DNA of 63,222 nt, the filler included, from Chiloscyllium plagiosum (Eukaryota): the NCBI RefSeq assembly GCF_004010195.1. It is 4 parts of one record of this genome, joined end to end, with 100 filler letters (N's around TTAATTAATTAA, not from the genome) between each part and the next. Parts side by side here need not be neighbours in the genome. Positions count along the whole stretch, not along the records: positions 1 to 25,402 come from NC_057717.1; 3 more parts are not named here. One strand, 5' to 3'. The translations under genes were made by a program, and so were the position numbers. Under the pieces are notes generated by a model, which saw only the letters and a program-made list of their open reading frames with translations, did not search any database and had not been told where the DNA came from. Of the stretch, positions 12,990 through 25,502 are shown piece after piece; position 1 is the first letter of the stretch; each line of letters begins with the position of its first letter.

Positions 12990-14645
12990 CACCTTTTGTG
13001 GATATACCCATTTCAAACAGGTATGCTGTTTTGAAAAATGTAGGGCGTGATGGATTCTCAGGGGAACGTAGCACGAACAGCCACTTTTCTGGTATTGAGA
13101 TTGGCTACGAGGGGTACGTCGGCTTCCAAGAGGTCAATTGTGTTAGGGGATTCTGTGGTCCGACGTACAGACAGGCGTTTCTGTGGCCAGCAGAAAAAAA
13201 GCAAAATGGTGTGTTGGTTCCCTGGTGCCAGGATGAAGGATGTCTCAGAGAGGGTGCAGAATGTTCTCACGGGGGAGAGGGGCCAGCAAGAGATCATTAC
13301 CACATTGGAACCAATGATATAGGAAGGGAAAAGATTGAGGTTCTGAAGAGAGATTACAGAGAGTTAGGCAGAAAGTTAAAAAGGAAGTCATCAAGGGTAG
13401 TAATACCTAGATTACTCCCAGTGATACGAGCGAGTGGGGGCTGGAATAGGAGGATTGAGCAGTTGAATGCATGGCTGAGGAGCTGGTGTATGGGAGAAGG
13501 ATTCATATTTTTGGATTTTTTTAATCTCTTTTGGGGTAGAAGTGACCTGAACAAGAAGGACACATTGCACCGAAATTGGAAGGGGACTAATATACTAGCA
13601 GGGAAATTTGCTAGAACTGCTTGGGAGGATTTAAAGTCGTGTGTGGTGGGGAGGGGGGTTTGGGACCAAGTGAGGAAAGAGATCGATCTGAGACTGGTAC
13701 AGTTGAGAACAGAAGCGAGTCAGACTGTCAGGGCAGGCAGGGACAAGGTAGGACTAACAAATTAAACTGCATTTATTTCAATGCAAGGGGCCTAACAGGA
13801 AAGGCAGATGAACTGAGGGCATGGTTAGGAACATGGGACTGGGATATTATAGCAATTATAGAAACATGGCTCAGGGATGGGCAGGACTGGCAGCTTAATG
13901 TTCCTGGATACAAATGCTACAGGAACGCTGGAAACGGAGGCAAGAGAGGAGGGGGAGTGACATTTTTAATAAGGGATACCTTTGCAGTTGTGCTGAGGGA
14001 GGATATTCCTGGAAATACATCCAGGGATGTTATGTGGGTGCAATTGAAAATAGAAAGGGATGATCACCTTATTGGAATTGTATTATAGATCTCCGAATAG
14101 TCAGAGGGAAATTGAGAAACAAACATGTAAGGAGATCTCAGCTATCTGGAAGAATAATAGGGTAGTCATGGTAGGGGACTTTAACTTTCCAAACATCGAC
14201 TTGGACTGCCATAGTGTTAAAGGTTCAGATAGAGAGGAATTTCTTGCGTGTGTACAAGACAATTTAATGATTCAGTATGCGGATGTAACTATGAGAGAAG
14301 GTGCAAAACGTTACCTACTCTTGGGAAATAAGGCAGGGCAGGTGACTGAGGAGTCAGTGGGGGAGCACTTTGGGGCCAGCGACCATAATTCCATTCGTTT
14401 TAAAATAGTGATGGATAAGGGTAGACCAGGTCTAAAAGTTGAAGTTCTAAATTGGAGAAAGACCAATTTTGACGGTACAAGGCAAGAACTTTCGAAAGCT
14501 GATTGGAAGCAGATGTTCACAGGTAAAGGGACGGCTGGAAAATGGGAAGCTTACAGAAATGAGATAACAAGAATCCACAGAAAGTATATTCCTGTCAGGG
14601 TGAAAAGGAAGGCTGGTAGGTATAGAGAATGCTGGATGACTAAAG
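12990..14645 (+). mobile_element. CR1 LINE: SGNH-esterase ORF1 + APE endonuclease (frameshifted; ends at gap)
   Basis: IVLGDSVVR, FPGARMKDV, HIGTNDIG, LHRNWKG (GDSL/SGNH blocks); YFNARG, IIETW, GGGV, VGDFN, SDHN. Confidence 0.95.
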
Positions 14646-15477
14646 NNNNNNNNNNNNNNNNNNNNNNNNNNNNNNNNNNNNNNNNNNNNNNNNNNNNNNN
14701 NNNNNNNNNNNNNNNNNNNNNNNNNNNNNNNNNNNNNNNNNNNNNNNNNNNNNNNNNNNNNNNNNNNNNNNNNNNNNNNNNNNNNNNNNNNNNNNNNNNN
14801 NNNNNNNNNNNNNNNNNNNNNNNNNNNNNNNNNNNNNNNNNNNNNNNNNNNNNNNNNNNNNNNNNNNNNNNNNNNNNNNNNNNNNNNNNNNNNNNNNNNN
14901 NNNNNNNNNNNNNNNNNNNNNNNNNNNNNNNNNNNNNNNNNNNNNNNNNNNNNNNNNNNNNNNNNNNNNNNNNNNNNNNNNNNNNNNNNNNNNNNNNNNN
15001 NNNNNNNNNNNNNNNNNNNNNNNNNNNNNNNNNNNNNNNNNNNNNNNNNNNNNNNNNNNNNNNNNNNNNNNNNNNNNNNNNNNNNNNNNNNNNNNNNNNN
15101 NNNNNNNNNNNNNNNNNNNNNNNNNNNNNNNNNNNNNNNNNNNNNNNNNNNNNNNNNNNNNNNNNNNNNNNNNNNNNNNNNNNNNNNNNNNNNNNNNNNN
15201 NNNNNNNNNNNNNNNNNNNNNNNNNNNNNNNNNNNNNNNNNNNNNNNNNNNNNNNNNNNNNNNNNNNNNNNNNNNNNNNNNNNNNNNNNNNNNNNNNNNN
15301 NNNNNNNNNNNNNNNNNNNNNNNNNNNNNNNNNNNNNNNNNNNNNNNNNNNNNNNNNNNNNNNNNNNNNNNNNNNNNNNNNNNNNNNNNNNNNNNNNNNN
15401 NNNNNNNNNNNNNNNNNNNNNNNNNNNNNNNNNNNNNNNNNNNNNNNNNNNNNNNNNNNNNNNNNNNNNNNNNNNNN

Positions 15478-17475
15478 AGAGTACAATATGTGAATTTTGG
15501 TGGGGATGAAGTTGATAGGTCAGAGAGGAGGGTGGAGTGGAAAGGTGGAAAGGAGAATTGGCAGGTGGGACAAATCATAGGGACAGTGCTGAGCTCGAAG
15601 CTTGGAGCAGGGGTGAGGGGGAAGGGGAAATGAGGAAACTGGTGAAGTCCACATTGATGCCCTGGGGTTGACGTGTTCCGAGGCAGAAGATTAGGCGTTC
15701 TTCCTCCACGCATCGGGTGGTGAGAGAGCGGCGGTGAATGAGGCCCAGGACCTCCATGTCCTCGGCTGAGTGGGAGAGAGAGTTGAAATGTTGGGCTTCA
15801 GGGCGGTGTGGTGGATTGGTGGAGGTGTCCCAGAGATGATCCCTAAAGCGCTCTGCTAGGAGGCGTCCAGTCTCCCCAATGTAGAGGGGATCGCATCGGG
15901 AGCAACGGACACAATAGATAATATTGGTGGGTGTTCTTTTAAACTTTTGATGGATGTGGAAGGCTCCTTTGGGACCAAGGCTGGAGGTGAGGGAGGAGGT
16001 GTGGTCGCAGGTTTTGCAATTCCTGCAGTGGCGGGGGAAGGTGTCAGGATGGGAGGGTGGGTTGTAGGTAGTCACGGAGGGAATGGTCTTTGCAGAAGGC
16101 GGAAAGGGGTGGAGAGGGAAATATATCCCTGGTGGTGGGGTCCGTTTGGCCGTGGTGTAAATGTCGGCGGATGATTTGTTTTATGTGAAGGTTGGTAGGG
16201 TGGAAGGTGAGCACCAGGGGCGTTCTGTCCTTGTTATGTTTGGAGAGGTGGGGTCTGAGTGCGGAGATGCGGGATGTGGATGAGATGCGTTGGAGGGCAT
16301 CTTTAACCACGTGGGAAGGGAAATTGCTGTCTCTCAAGAAGGAGGCCATCTGATGTGTTCTGTGGTGGAACTAGTCTTCATGGGAGCAGATACGGCAGAG
16401 GCGGAGGCATTGGGAATACGGGATTCATTTTTTGCAGGAGGTAGGTTGGGAAGAGGTGTACTCCAGGTAGCTGCGGGAGTTGGTGGGTTTGTAAAAAATG
16501 TCAGTGTCAAGTCGGACGTCATTAATGGAGATAGAAAGGTCCAGGAAGGGGAAGGAGGTGTCAGAGATGCTCCAGGCAAACTTGAGGGCAGGATGGAATG
16601 TGTTGGTGAAGTTGACGAATTGCTCAATCTCCTTGTGGGAGCACGAGTAGCGCCAATGCAGTCATCAATATAGCGGAGAAAGAAGTGGGGAGTGATGCCG
16701 GTGTAACTATGGAAGATGGACTTTTCTACATAGCCAACAGAGACAAGCATAGCTGTGGCCCATACGGGTGCCCATGGCTACCCCTTTGGTTTGGAGGAAG
16801 TGGGAGGATTCAAGGGAGGAATTGTTGAGTGTGAGGACCAGTTCAGCCAAACGAATGAGAGTGTCGGTGGAAGGGTGTTGTTGGGGACGTCGGGAGAGGA
16901 AGAAACGGAGGGCTTGGAGGTCATGGTCATGGCGGATGGAGGTGTATAGGGATTTGACATCCATGGTGAAGATGAGGCGTTGGGGGCTGGGGAAAGCGAA
17001 GTCTTAGAGGAAGTGGAGGGCGTGGGTGATGTCTCGAACGTATGTGGGGAGTTCCTGGACAAGGGGGGATAGGACAGTGTCGATGTCGGTAGAGATGTGT
17101 TCATTGGGCAGGAACATGCTGAGACATTGGGTCGGCCAGGGCGGTCAGGCTTATGGATCATGGGAAGGAGGTAGAATCTGGCAGTGCGGGGTTCCCGGAC
17201 TATGAGGTTGAAAGCTGTGGGCGAGAGATCTCCTGAGGTGATGAGGTTCTGTATGGTCTGGGAGATGACGGTTTGGTGATGGGGTGGGGTCATGGTCGAG
17301 GGGATGGTAGGAAAATGTGTCTTTGATATGGCGTCTGGCTTCAGCGGTGTAGAGGTCAGTGCGCCAGACTACCACTGCACCCCCTTTGTCTGCTGTCTCA
17401 ATGGTGAGGTCGGGATTGGAGCAGTGTGAGTGGTGGGCTGCACGGTGTGAGGGTGAGAGTTTGGAATGGGGTTAT
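15478..17475 (-). mobile_element. Penelope-like retroelement (RT + GIY-YIG endonuclease), degenerate and 5'-truncated; Cys-rich linker suggests Neptune type
   Basis: LTIETADKGGAVVVW (~17365-17410), ARFYLLPMIHK, MDVKSLYTSI, QTKGVAMG, FLRYIDDC, HCRNCKTC linker, NIIYCVRCSRCDPLYIGETGRLLAERFRDH. Confidence 0.95.
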
Positions 17476-17479
17476 CTGT

Positions 17480-18200
17480 AGATCACAGCCGCAGCCGCAG
17501 CAGAATTGCATTCAATCACAATCCATAACATTTTCCCCCAGGATAATCCATCACTCTACCATTATCATCAAGCCGAGTGATGGTTCAGTGACGAGTTTGG
17601 GTGAACATGCCAGAGTCAGAACCATGTGTATCTAAACCTGATGACAACCCATTAAAGCTACTGCAATTGACTGGTTACATTATAAACAGCAGAACTACCA
17701 TCTGGTGGAGAGAGGGAAATAATCCCAAGACAAACAGATAAGGTCGAAACTCTGCAGCCAAGCCTCCCGTCATCAATGTCGATGGACAAATAAACAACTT
17801 ACTGGAGGAGAGGACTCTATAAATATCCCCAGCCCTGTACTTCAGTGTGAAAGACAAGGATGTAGTATCTGCACCATCCTCAGCCAAAAGTGTTGATTCT
17901 ATAATCCACCTCAACCTGCTCATGATGCCCACAGTATCACAGATGCCAGTCTTCAACCAATTCGATTCGCTGCATGTGACATGAAGAAACAGCTGAACAC
18001 AGTAGATATGACAAAGGCAATGGGCCCTGACACCATTCCTGCAATAGGAATGAAGATTGTGCTGTACAACAAGCCGTGTCGCTGGGGAAGCTGTTTCAAT
18101 CCAGCTCCAACTCTGACATCTGCCTGGCCACGTGGAAAGTTCCTCAACTATATCCAGTCTCATAACAAGGGAACGACTACAGTCTGACCATTTGCCACGC
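17480..18200 (+). mobile_element. Degenerate LINE ORF2 fragment (second CR1/L2-group family)
   Basis: MKKQLNTVDMTKAMGPDTIPA (KAxGPDxI motif); same family as 33330-34260 and 41834-42790. Confidence 0.7.
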
Positions 18201-18919
18201 CCTCAGTCCCGTCGCGATAATCGCATTGGTGGGTGTTCTTTTTTGACAGAGCCGTCAAGCAGCACAGAAATAATGTGCTCAGTGTGGTTTCCGATTGGTC
18301 CCCATGTGAAGATGGTGCTGTGGTGGAAATGTCACTGGATTACTGATCCAGACCAGGATAATGCTCTGGCAGCTGGTGGAATTTAAAAACAATTAACAAA
18401 ATATAGAGACATAACATCTGCTGCCAGTAATATTGTCCTTGAGTCTAATGTCCATTGTAAACATCTGTTCCTTCCCCAATGTAATTTCAGGAAGTTAATC
18501 TCCCGTGCTTCCTGGTCTGGCCTCCAAGTGTCTCCTGACAAACAGGCATGCGATAAACTCTGCAATGGTCTCTGGAACGGCCAAGCAAGACACTCAATTG
18601 TATCAAATTGCTCTGAGTTCTTAAAGGATAAACCCAGACAGAACACCGGCAACGAGCTTTGGAAAAAGGGAACGGGAAACACAGTCCTTTCAACCAGACA
18701 GATGCTGCCTTCCTAATGTTTATGAGCTTGTGACAACAATGACAGAGCTTTCCCGCACACTTCACAGAAACATCAGGAAGGGAGCAGGGCATTAGATACT
18801 TTTAGCTTTTCCGGTTCTAGCTCATGGAGACAAGTTCACTTTTATAACCCTAGATAATGCATTCTTCAGAAACTCATCAATTCCTGTCTTATGCCACTCA
18901 ATGATTGACCGTCCAACCC

Positions 18920-19560
18920 ATACAATCACAGAAGCACTGGCTCTGTACTGTCATAAATACAGCACGATCTACATTCGTTCCACTTTCCGGTACATGGCCC
19001 ATAACCATGTATGTTATGGCACTTCAGGGGCACGACCATGTATTTATTAACGGTTGTGAGGTTACCTGTGCCGTCAGCCCTCTCAGGAAGTGCATTCCTG
19101 ACCCCAACAGCCTCTGAATGAAAACCAATCCACAAATCCTCACTAAACATCAAACCCTTCACTTTAAAGTGATACCCCCTTGTTCTTCGCCCTTTCACTG
19201 AAAGAACAGCTGCTATCTGTCCATCCTGTCCATGCCCCTGGTAATCTTATCCTTCTGAAGCACGTCCCTCTCAGCCTTCTCTGCTTCAAAGTAAACAACC
19301 CGAGCTGATCTACTCCATCCAAGGGAACATCCTGGTGAATCTCTACTGCACCCTTTCCAGTGCAATCACATACTTCCTGTAATGTGACTCCTAGAACTGT
19401 ACATAGTATTCCATTTGGCCTAACCAAAGTTCCACATAGCTCTTATAATCTGTGCCTCCATGAATAAAGGCTATGTTTATGGTCACTATGCTTTGTCAAC
19501 TTGTGCATTAACCCGTTTAATCACGTTCAGGGATATGTGGAGAAGCACCCTCTGAGCTTC
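18920..19560 (-). mobile_element. CR1 3' end
   Basis: RTRGYHFKV...VGVRNALPE and LGLFTLKQRRLRG on the minus strand. Confidence 0.85.
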
Positions 19561-21024
19561 CTAGTGTGGTGCTATTCATTGAGTCCCCCCCCCCCCCCCC
19601 CCATCCCCCCGCCNNNNNNNNNNNNNNNNNNNNNNNNNNNNNNNNNNNNNNNNNNNNNNNNNNNNNNNNNNNNNNNNNNNNNNNNNNNNNNNNNNNNNNN
19701 NNNNNNNNNNNNNNNNNNNNNNNNNNNNNNNNNNNNNNNNNNNNNNNNNNNNNNNNNNNNNNNNNNNNNNNNNNNNNNNNNNNNNNNNNNNNNNNNNNNN
19801 NNNNNNNNNNNNNNNNNNNNACAAACAGACTTCTACCAGCAGACCTTCTGTCTCCTACTACTAAGTTGATTTGGATGCAACTTGGCAAGTCACTAATGAT
19901 TCCTACCTGTTCCCTGGTTATTCTGTTCCACTTGATGTACCTGTAAAATATCTGGGGATTCTCCCTAATCTTGTCCTGCCAGCAGGTTTCCATGTCTCTG
20001 TGTTCGTTAGTCCACTTCAAATGAAGAATTGCCTTCTTATTGCAGTCTGAAATGGTCCATCCTTAACCTGCCATTATTTGCCTTAAACGTAAAGTAGACA
20101 GCCAGAGAAAAATCCTGTTCATTTCCACCTTGTCATATGTTTAGTGACTTTTTCTAAATTTCACTATGATCACCTCTCATTCTTTGAAACTCTAAAGAAC
20201 ACAGGCCGAGTTTCCACATCAGGCAATCTCCCCATCTGAGGGATTAATCTGGAGAATGTCCATTGCACACCTTCCGTGGTCAGTATATTATTTCTCCGAT
20301 TGGATCACCAACACTGGACTCAATACTCTATGTACAGTTTCATTAGCAAGCTGTGAAACTGCTTCAACATAACCTTCCGACTATGTTCTGATTCTCTTAA
20401 ATGAAGGCGAACATGACTTTAACTTTCCACTTCTATATATTCCTCCAATTGCCATTCACATTATTTATGAATTCACTGCATGAGTTCTTATAAAAAAGCC
20501 TTCTGAAAATCGAAATACGCCATTTCTATGTTGCAATAAACAAGTTCAAATCATTCTGAAATTTGTCAAGGATGAAGACTCTGTCAGTGATACTGATTTT
20601 CTCCAATGTTGCTGTTAATTTTTAAATATCCAATATCACATCCTACATAATAAATTCCATCGGTTTCCCGACAGATGTCAAGTTAATTGGTCTGCAGTTC
20701 TCCACACTATCTCTTCTTCCCTTTGCAGATGCTTGAATCCCTTCCATTCATCTACAATGCTTGGAACACATTTACTAACTTCCAGCCTCTGCAGAATGTA
20801 CAGGGAAATAAAACAGTCATCGACAGCACAATTAATGCGTTTATTGCTGACTTATTTCTAATATTTTGATACGAAGCAATGCTAAAACCAGCTACACTAC
20901 TAGTATGCTAGCCTTCAACTTCTACCTTGTTACTGATATGAATTGACTTTATGTCTTTAGTTCCACAAGTTCCATGTGATAATTTGGTATTTCTCAGCGA
21001 TTTTATGGATCTTCCTCCGTGATT

Positions 21025-21293
21025 AGATGATGATGACTTACAGTGTGGAAACAGCCCCTTCGGCCCAACAAGTCCACACCGACCCGCCGAAGCGCAACCC
21101 ACCCATACCCCTAAATTACCCCTTACCTAACACTACGGGCAATTTAGCATGGCCAATTCACCTAACCTGCACATCTTTGGACTGGTGCAAACTCCACACA
21201 GTCAGTCGCCTGAGGCGGGAATTGAACCCCGGTCTCTGGCGCTGTGAGGCAGTAGTGCTAACCACTGTGCCACTGTGCCACCGTGCCGCCCAC
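21025..21293 (-). mobile_element. HE1-like SINE with tRNA-derived head, internal V-domain deletion, (TCA)n tail
   Basis: rc head gtgggcggcacggtggcacagtggcacagtggttagc (A box) ... ggttcaattcc (B box). Confidence 0.9.
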
Positions 21294-21474
21294 AGATGAC
21301 AGATGCGAAGTAACTGGTTACTTTCTTGGCAATTTCCCTGTTCTCCACAATAACCTCTCCTCTCCCGATTACAAAATTCCACATTTGACCTTGCTTTTAT
21401 TTTGTTTTCTTTGCAATACAGATTGTAGATTTATGCAGTCTTCGTGTTCTTCTTTCACAGAATTATTAAAAGCC

Positions 21475-21722
21475 CACACTGTGGAAAAGGCCCTTGGGCC
21501 CAACAAGTCCACCCTGCCTCTCCGAAGAGTGACCGCCCAGACCCATTCCCATCCAATTCTACATTTTCCGACTGATGCTCCTAATCTACACATCCCTGAA
21601 CACTTTGTGCAAATAAGCATGTCAATTTCACCTAACCTGTAAATCTTTGGACTGTGGGAGGAAACCAGAGCACTCGGAGGAAACCCACGCAGACACGGGG
21701 AGAATATGCAAACTCCACACAA
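21475..21722 (-). mobile_element. Older HE1-like V-SINE fragment
   Basis: V-domain gaggaaaccagagcactcggaggaaacccacgcagacacggggaga and CR1-like tail. Confidence 0.85.
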
Positions 21723-21899
21723 ACAAATTTCTGAGAATTCTCCGGTTTGCACAATGTCTAAAATTCTTCTGAACTCACTTCCTATGATTAATATAATCTT
21801 TAATTTATTATGTTAACCTTCATTAAGTCACTTGCCCTTTCTTTGGTGATTCTACCTTAAAGAAATAGACATATTTGTCAGTCATTGCAGTATTTCTGG

Positions 21900-23447
21900 A
21901 GATCTCATAATCCTGACCAGGTATATCCAAGAACACAGCAAGAAGCGAGAGAAGATATTGCAGGGGTCCTGGCTGATCGTTTTTGCATCATCGCTGGCCA
22001 CGGGGGAGGTCCCCGAAGACTAAAGGGTCATGAACGTTGTGCCCTTGCTCAAGGAGGGCTGCGAAGAAGAACCTGTGAACTATAGACCAGTTAGCGTAAC
22101 AAATGTGACAAGCAATTATTTGAGAAGGTTCTGAGAGATAACATATACATGCATTTGAAAAGACACTGTTTCATAAGGAGCAGTCAGCACTGCCTTGTGC
22201 ACAGGATATCATGGCTCACAATTCTTTAGCGTTCTTTTGAGGAAGGGACCTGGAATGTTGATGAGGGTAGGGTGGTAGACGTAGTCTATCTAGATTTCAG
22301 AAAGGCCTTTGATTATGTTCCACATGATAGGCTGCGCTGAGAGGTTCGATGGCATGGAATCCAGGGGGATCTAGCAAATTGGATACTCACTTGGCTTGAT
22401 GGTAGAAAGCAGAGGTTAATACTGGAAGGATGCTTGTTGTACTTGAGGCCTGTGACTCGTGGAGTGTCTCAGGAGTCGGTGCTGAGCCTATTACTGTTTG
22501 TTATCTATATCAATGGTTTGGATGAGAATGCACAAGGCATGATTAGTAATTAGGATGATGACAATAAAATAGGCAATACTGTGAACATTGAGAAAGGTTA
22601 TCAGAAATTGAAACAGGACCTTTAACAGCTGGGGAAGTGGACCAAGAAATGGCAAATGGAGATTAATATAGATATATGTGGGGTGTTGCATTTTGGAAAG
22701 TCAAATCCAGGTTGGAGTTTAGTGGTGAATGTTAGACCCTGAAGGAGTGAAGAGGAACAGAGGGACCTTGGAGCTGAGGTCCGTGGTTTTCTGAAAGTAG
22801 TTGCATGTAGACAGGGCAGTGAAAAAGGTTTTTGGCACACTGGCCTTCATCAGTCATGGCACTGAGTATAGACGTTGGCGAGTTATATTGCAGTTGGACA
22901 GGACGCTGGTGAAGCATGCACTTGGAGTATTGTGTTCGGTTTTGTTCACTTTTCCATAGCAAGGATGTGACTAAACTGGAAAGAGGACAGAAGAAATTTA
23001 CAAGGATGTTGCCAGTACTCGACGGTCTGAGTTGTAGGGAGAGTTTGGACCGGCCAGAACATTTTCCTTTGAGTGTAAGAAACTGAGGGGAAATCGTATA
23101 GAAAAGTATAAAATCATGAGATGCATGGATAAGGTGAATGCACTCATTCTTTCTGCCAGTTTTGGGAATCCAGGTCGAGAGGACATCAGGTTAGAGGTGA
23201 AAGAATAAAAAGGATCCTGAGCACCAACGTGTTTATGCAGAGAATGGTACACATATGGAATTAGCAGACAGCGGTTCAAAATGTTCAAAATGCTTTTAGA
23301 CAAATACGCGGATAGGAAAGATTTAGAAGAATAAGGGCAAGGGCAGAGAAATGGAATTAGCAGGGTGGACATTTTGGTCGGCACGGATCACTTTGGTCCA
23401 AAGGGCCTGTATCCATGCTGCAGGGCTCCATGATTCTATGACTCTAA
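21900..23447 (+). mobile_element. CR1 RT to 3' UTR with short-repeat tail
   Basis: NYRPV and LDFRKAFD remnants; ends in aagggcctgtatccatgctg...catgattctatgactcta. Confidence 0.9.
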
Positions 23448-24671
23448 CAACCATGGCGTGTCTACCACTTCATGCTCAAACGTTCTATATTGTATCCAGG
23501 CGCCCCGTAAAATACAACATATTAACGTCTCTAGCCCTCAGAGCAAGGTTACTAATGAGTCACAACGTACTCTTCAACCAACCTGTCATACGCTTATGGA
23601 ATTCATTTTTCATAACATTAGCAGTCACTTAGTTAACGCAGTTTAGGGTGAAATTTGAGATCATGCAATAATACTGCAGCACCCACAATATTTGTATCTC
23701 TAATTTACAGAGCATACAATGCACAGAATTTGCACGAGAGCAGTGATTTAGATGCATAATACACCGATGCTTGGTTCTCTTTCCTATTTGTAAGATCCAC
23801 CAAAACTGATTCTGTGGAATCTGAGGGACGGGGTCTGTGGCGTTATTAGTGATAGACTTGGACAAGACATTCGGGCAGGGTCATTTCGACGCTGACATGA
23901 TCTGAAGAAATGACCAGCATCACAGGAGAAGTATCAATATCCTCCCCACTCTGTCAGATTAATTGTCACCGTACTCTCTCGGTTCCCTCACACTCACTAC
24001 CTGTTATAGCACCTAACCCCTAACAAGGCTCACACTGCATCTCCAAATAAGGATCACGCACGACAACTCTCACTGTTGAATTCAGCACCCTCCCCACGCC
24101 ACCCCCACCCCGCGCGCTCTCTCTCCCTCCACTATACTCCCAACACTAATAACCCTGCATGGATACAACACNNNNNNNNNNNNNNNNNNNNNNNNNNNNN
24201 NNNNNNNNNNNNNNNNNNNNNNNNNNNNNNNNNNNNNNNNNNNNNNNNNNNNNNNNNNNNNNNNNNNNNNNNNNNNNNNNNNNNNNNNNNNNNNNNNNNN
24301 NNNNNNNNNNNNNNNNNNNNNNNNNNNNNNNNNNNNNNNNNNNNNNNNNNNNNNNNNNNNNNNNNNNNNNNNNNNNNNNNNNNNNNNNNNNNNNNNNNNN
24401 NNNNNNNNNNNNNNNNNNNNNNNNNNNNNNNNNNNNNNNNNNNNNNNNNNNNNNNNNNNNNNNNNNNNNNNNNNNNNNNNNNNNNNNNNNNNNNNNNNNN
24501 NNNNNNNNNNNNNNNNNNNNNNNNNNNNNNNNNNNNNNNNNNNNNNNNNNNNNNNNNNNNNNNNNNNNNNNNNNNNNNNNNNNNNNNNNNNNNNNNNNNN
24601 NNNNNNNNNNNNNNNNNNNNNNNNNNNNNNNNNNNNNNNNNNNNNNNNNNNNNNNNNNNNNNNNNNNNNNN

Positions 24672-25402
24672 AAGCCGATCGCAGCCGCTGCCGGAGAAAT
24701 CAGCTCCACGTCTCTCTCTCTCTCTCTCTCTCCTGATCAATGTGACACTGCGCATGCTCTACAAAGAAACCAAACTGCTCGTCCGTCTGAGATAATCGGT
24801 GAGTTCACAGAGAATATTCATATCTGCACAGGATCATGGGTGAAAGATTAGTCATTAACAATTGCTCTTTCGAGTTACAGTCATTGAGATGCTTAATATT
24901 TAATTAGATTGTTAGGTCCAACTTAACCATACCGGCCAGGTATGTAAATTACCGATCGTTCTGGGAGTTTGAAAATAAATTTCTTACTCGAGTTGTGTAA
25001 ACCGACCTGTGAATTATTCACACCGACCTGTGAATTATTCTCAGCTCGTCCCCTACACTATTGCAAAATCACCCATGTGTATATCTAAGGATTGTTTAAA
25101 TCTCCCGAATGGACATTATCAGGCTTACATCTCAACTATTTCTTTAAAATCTCACATTGATTCATGAGAGAGGTTTAATGCTCCACTATGTAGTGAGAAT
25201 GATCAATCCTACAAAATAGTTTGCTTTCTGACCAATCGTGAAGCGTTCACTCCCCGAGAATGCTTTGGCCCCGCTCCTCACTCACTCTGGTTGGTGGACC
25301 GGCCGCTGCTCGGTGCTCCTGTTCCGCCTCTTCCTCCCAATTGAAGAGTTGATTCAGGCGTGACTCAGCAGGCTGAGGGACAAGGGAAGTTAGAGTCGAT
25401 GC
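24672..25402. promoter_or_regulatory. CpG-rich promoter-like region
   Basis: NRF1-type TGCGCATGCTC 24749-24759, donor CG|GTGAGT at 24799, CCAAT 25232-25236, GC-box-like ccccgctcc/ccgcctc, ARE/MARE GTGACTCAGCA 25360-25370; GC/CpG-rich tract also left of the gap (24050-24171). Confidence 0.55.
25001..25040. repeat. 21-bp-period tandem duplication
   Basis: accgacctgtgaattattc occurs twice, separated by 'ac'. Confidence 0.9.
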
Positions 25403-25446
25403 NNNNNNNNNNNNNNNNNNNNNNNNNNNNNNNNNNNNNNNNNNNN

Positions 25447-25458
25447 TTAATTAATTAA
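25447..25458. other. Artificial scaffold linker TTAATTAATTAA inside N44...N44 (also 50912-50923, 56315-56326)
   Basis: Identical 100-nt N44+12+N44 structure three times; gives stops in all six frames. Confidence 0.9.
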
Positions 25459-25502
25459 NNNNNNNNNNNNNNNNNNNNNNNNNNNNNNNNNNNNNNNNNN
25501 NN

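Noticed and set aside
12990..13630. SGNH/GDSL esterase as a novel or horizontally acquired host gene
   Set aside because: It directly precedes an APE endonuclease. Esterase ORF1 is a known feature of CR1-group LINEs, and it occurs in several copies here.
25447..25458. TTAATTAATTAA as a biological motif (TTAA target or PacI-like site)
   Set aside because: It is embedded identically in N44/N44 three times, so it is an assembly linker.
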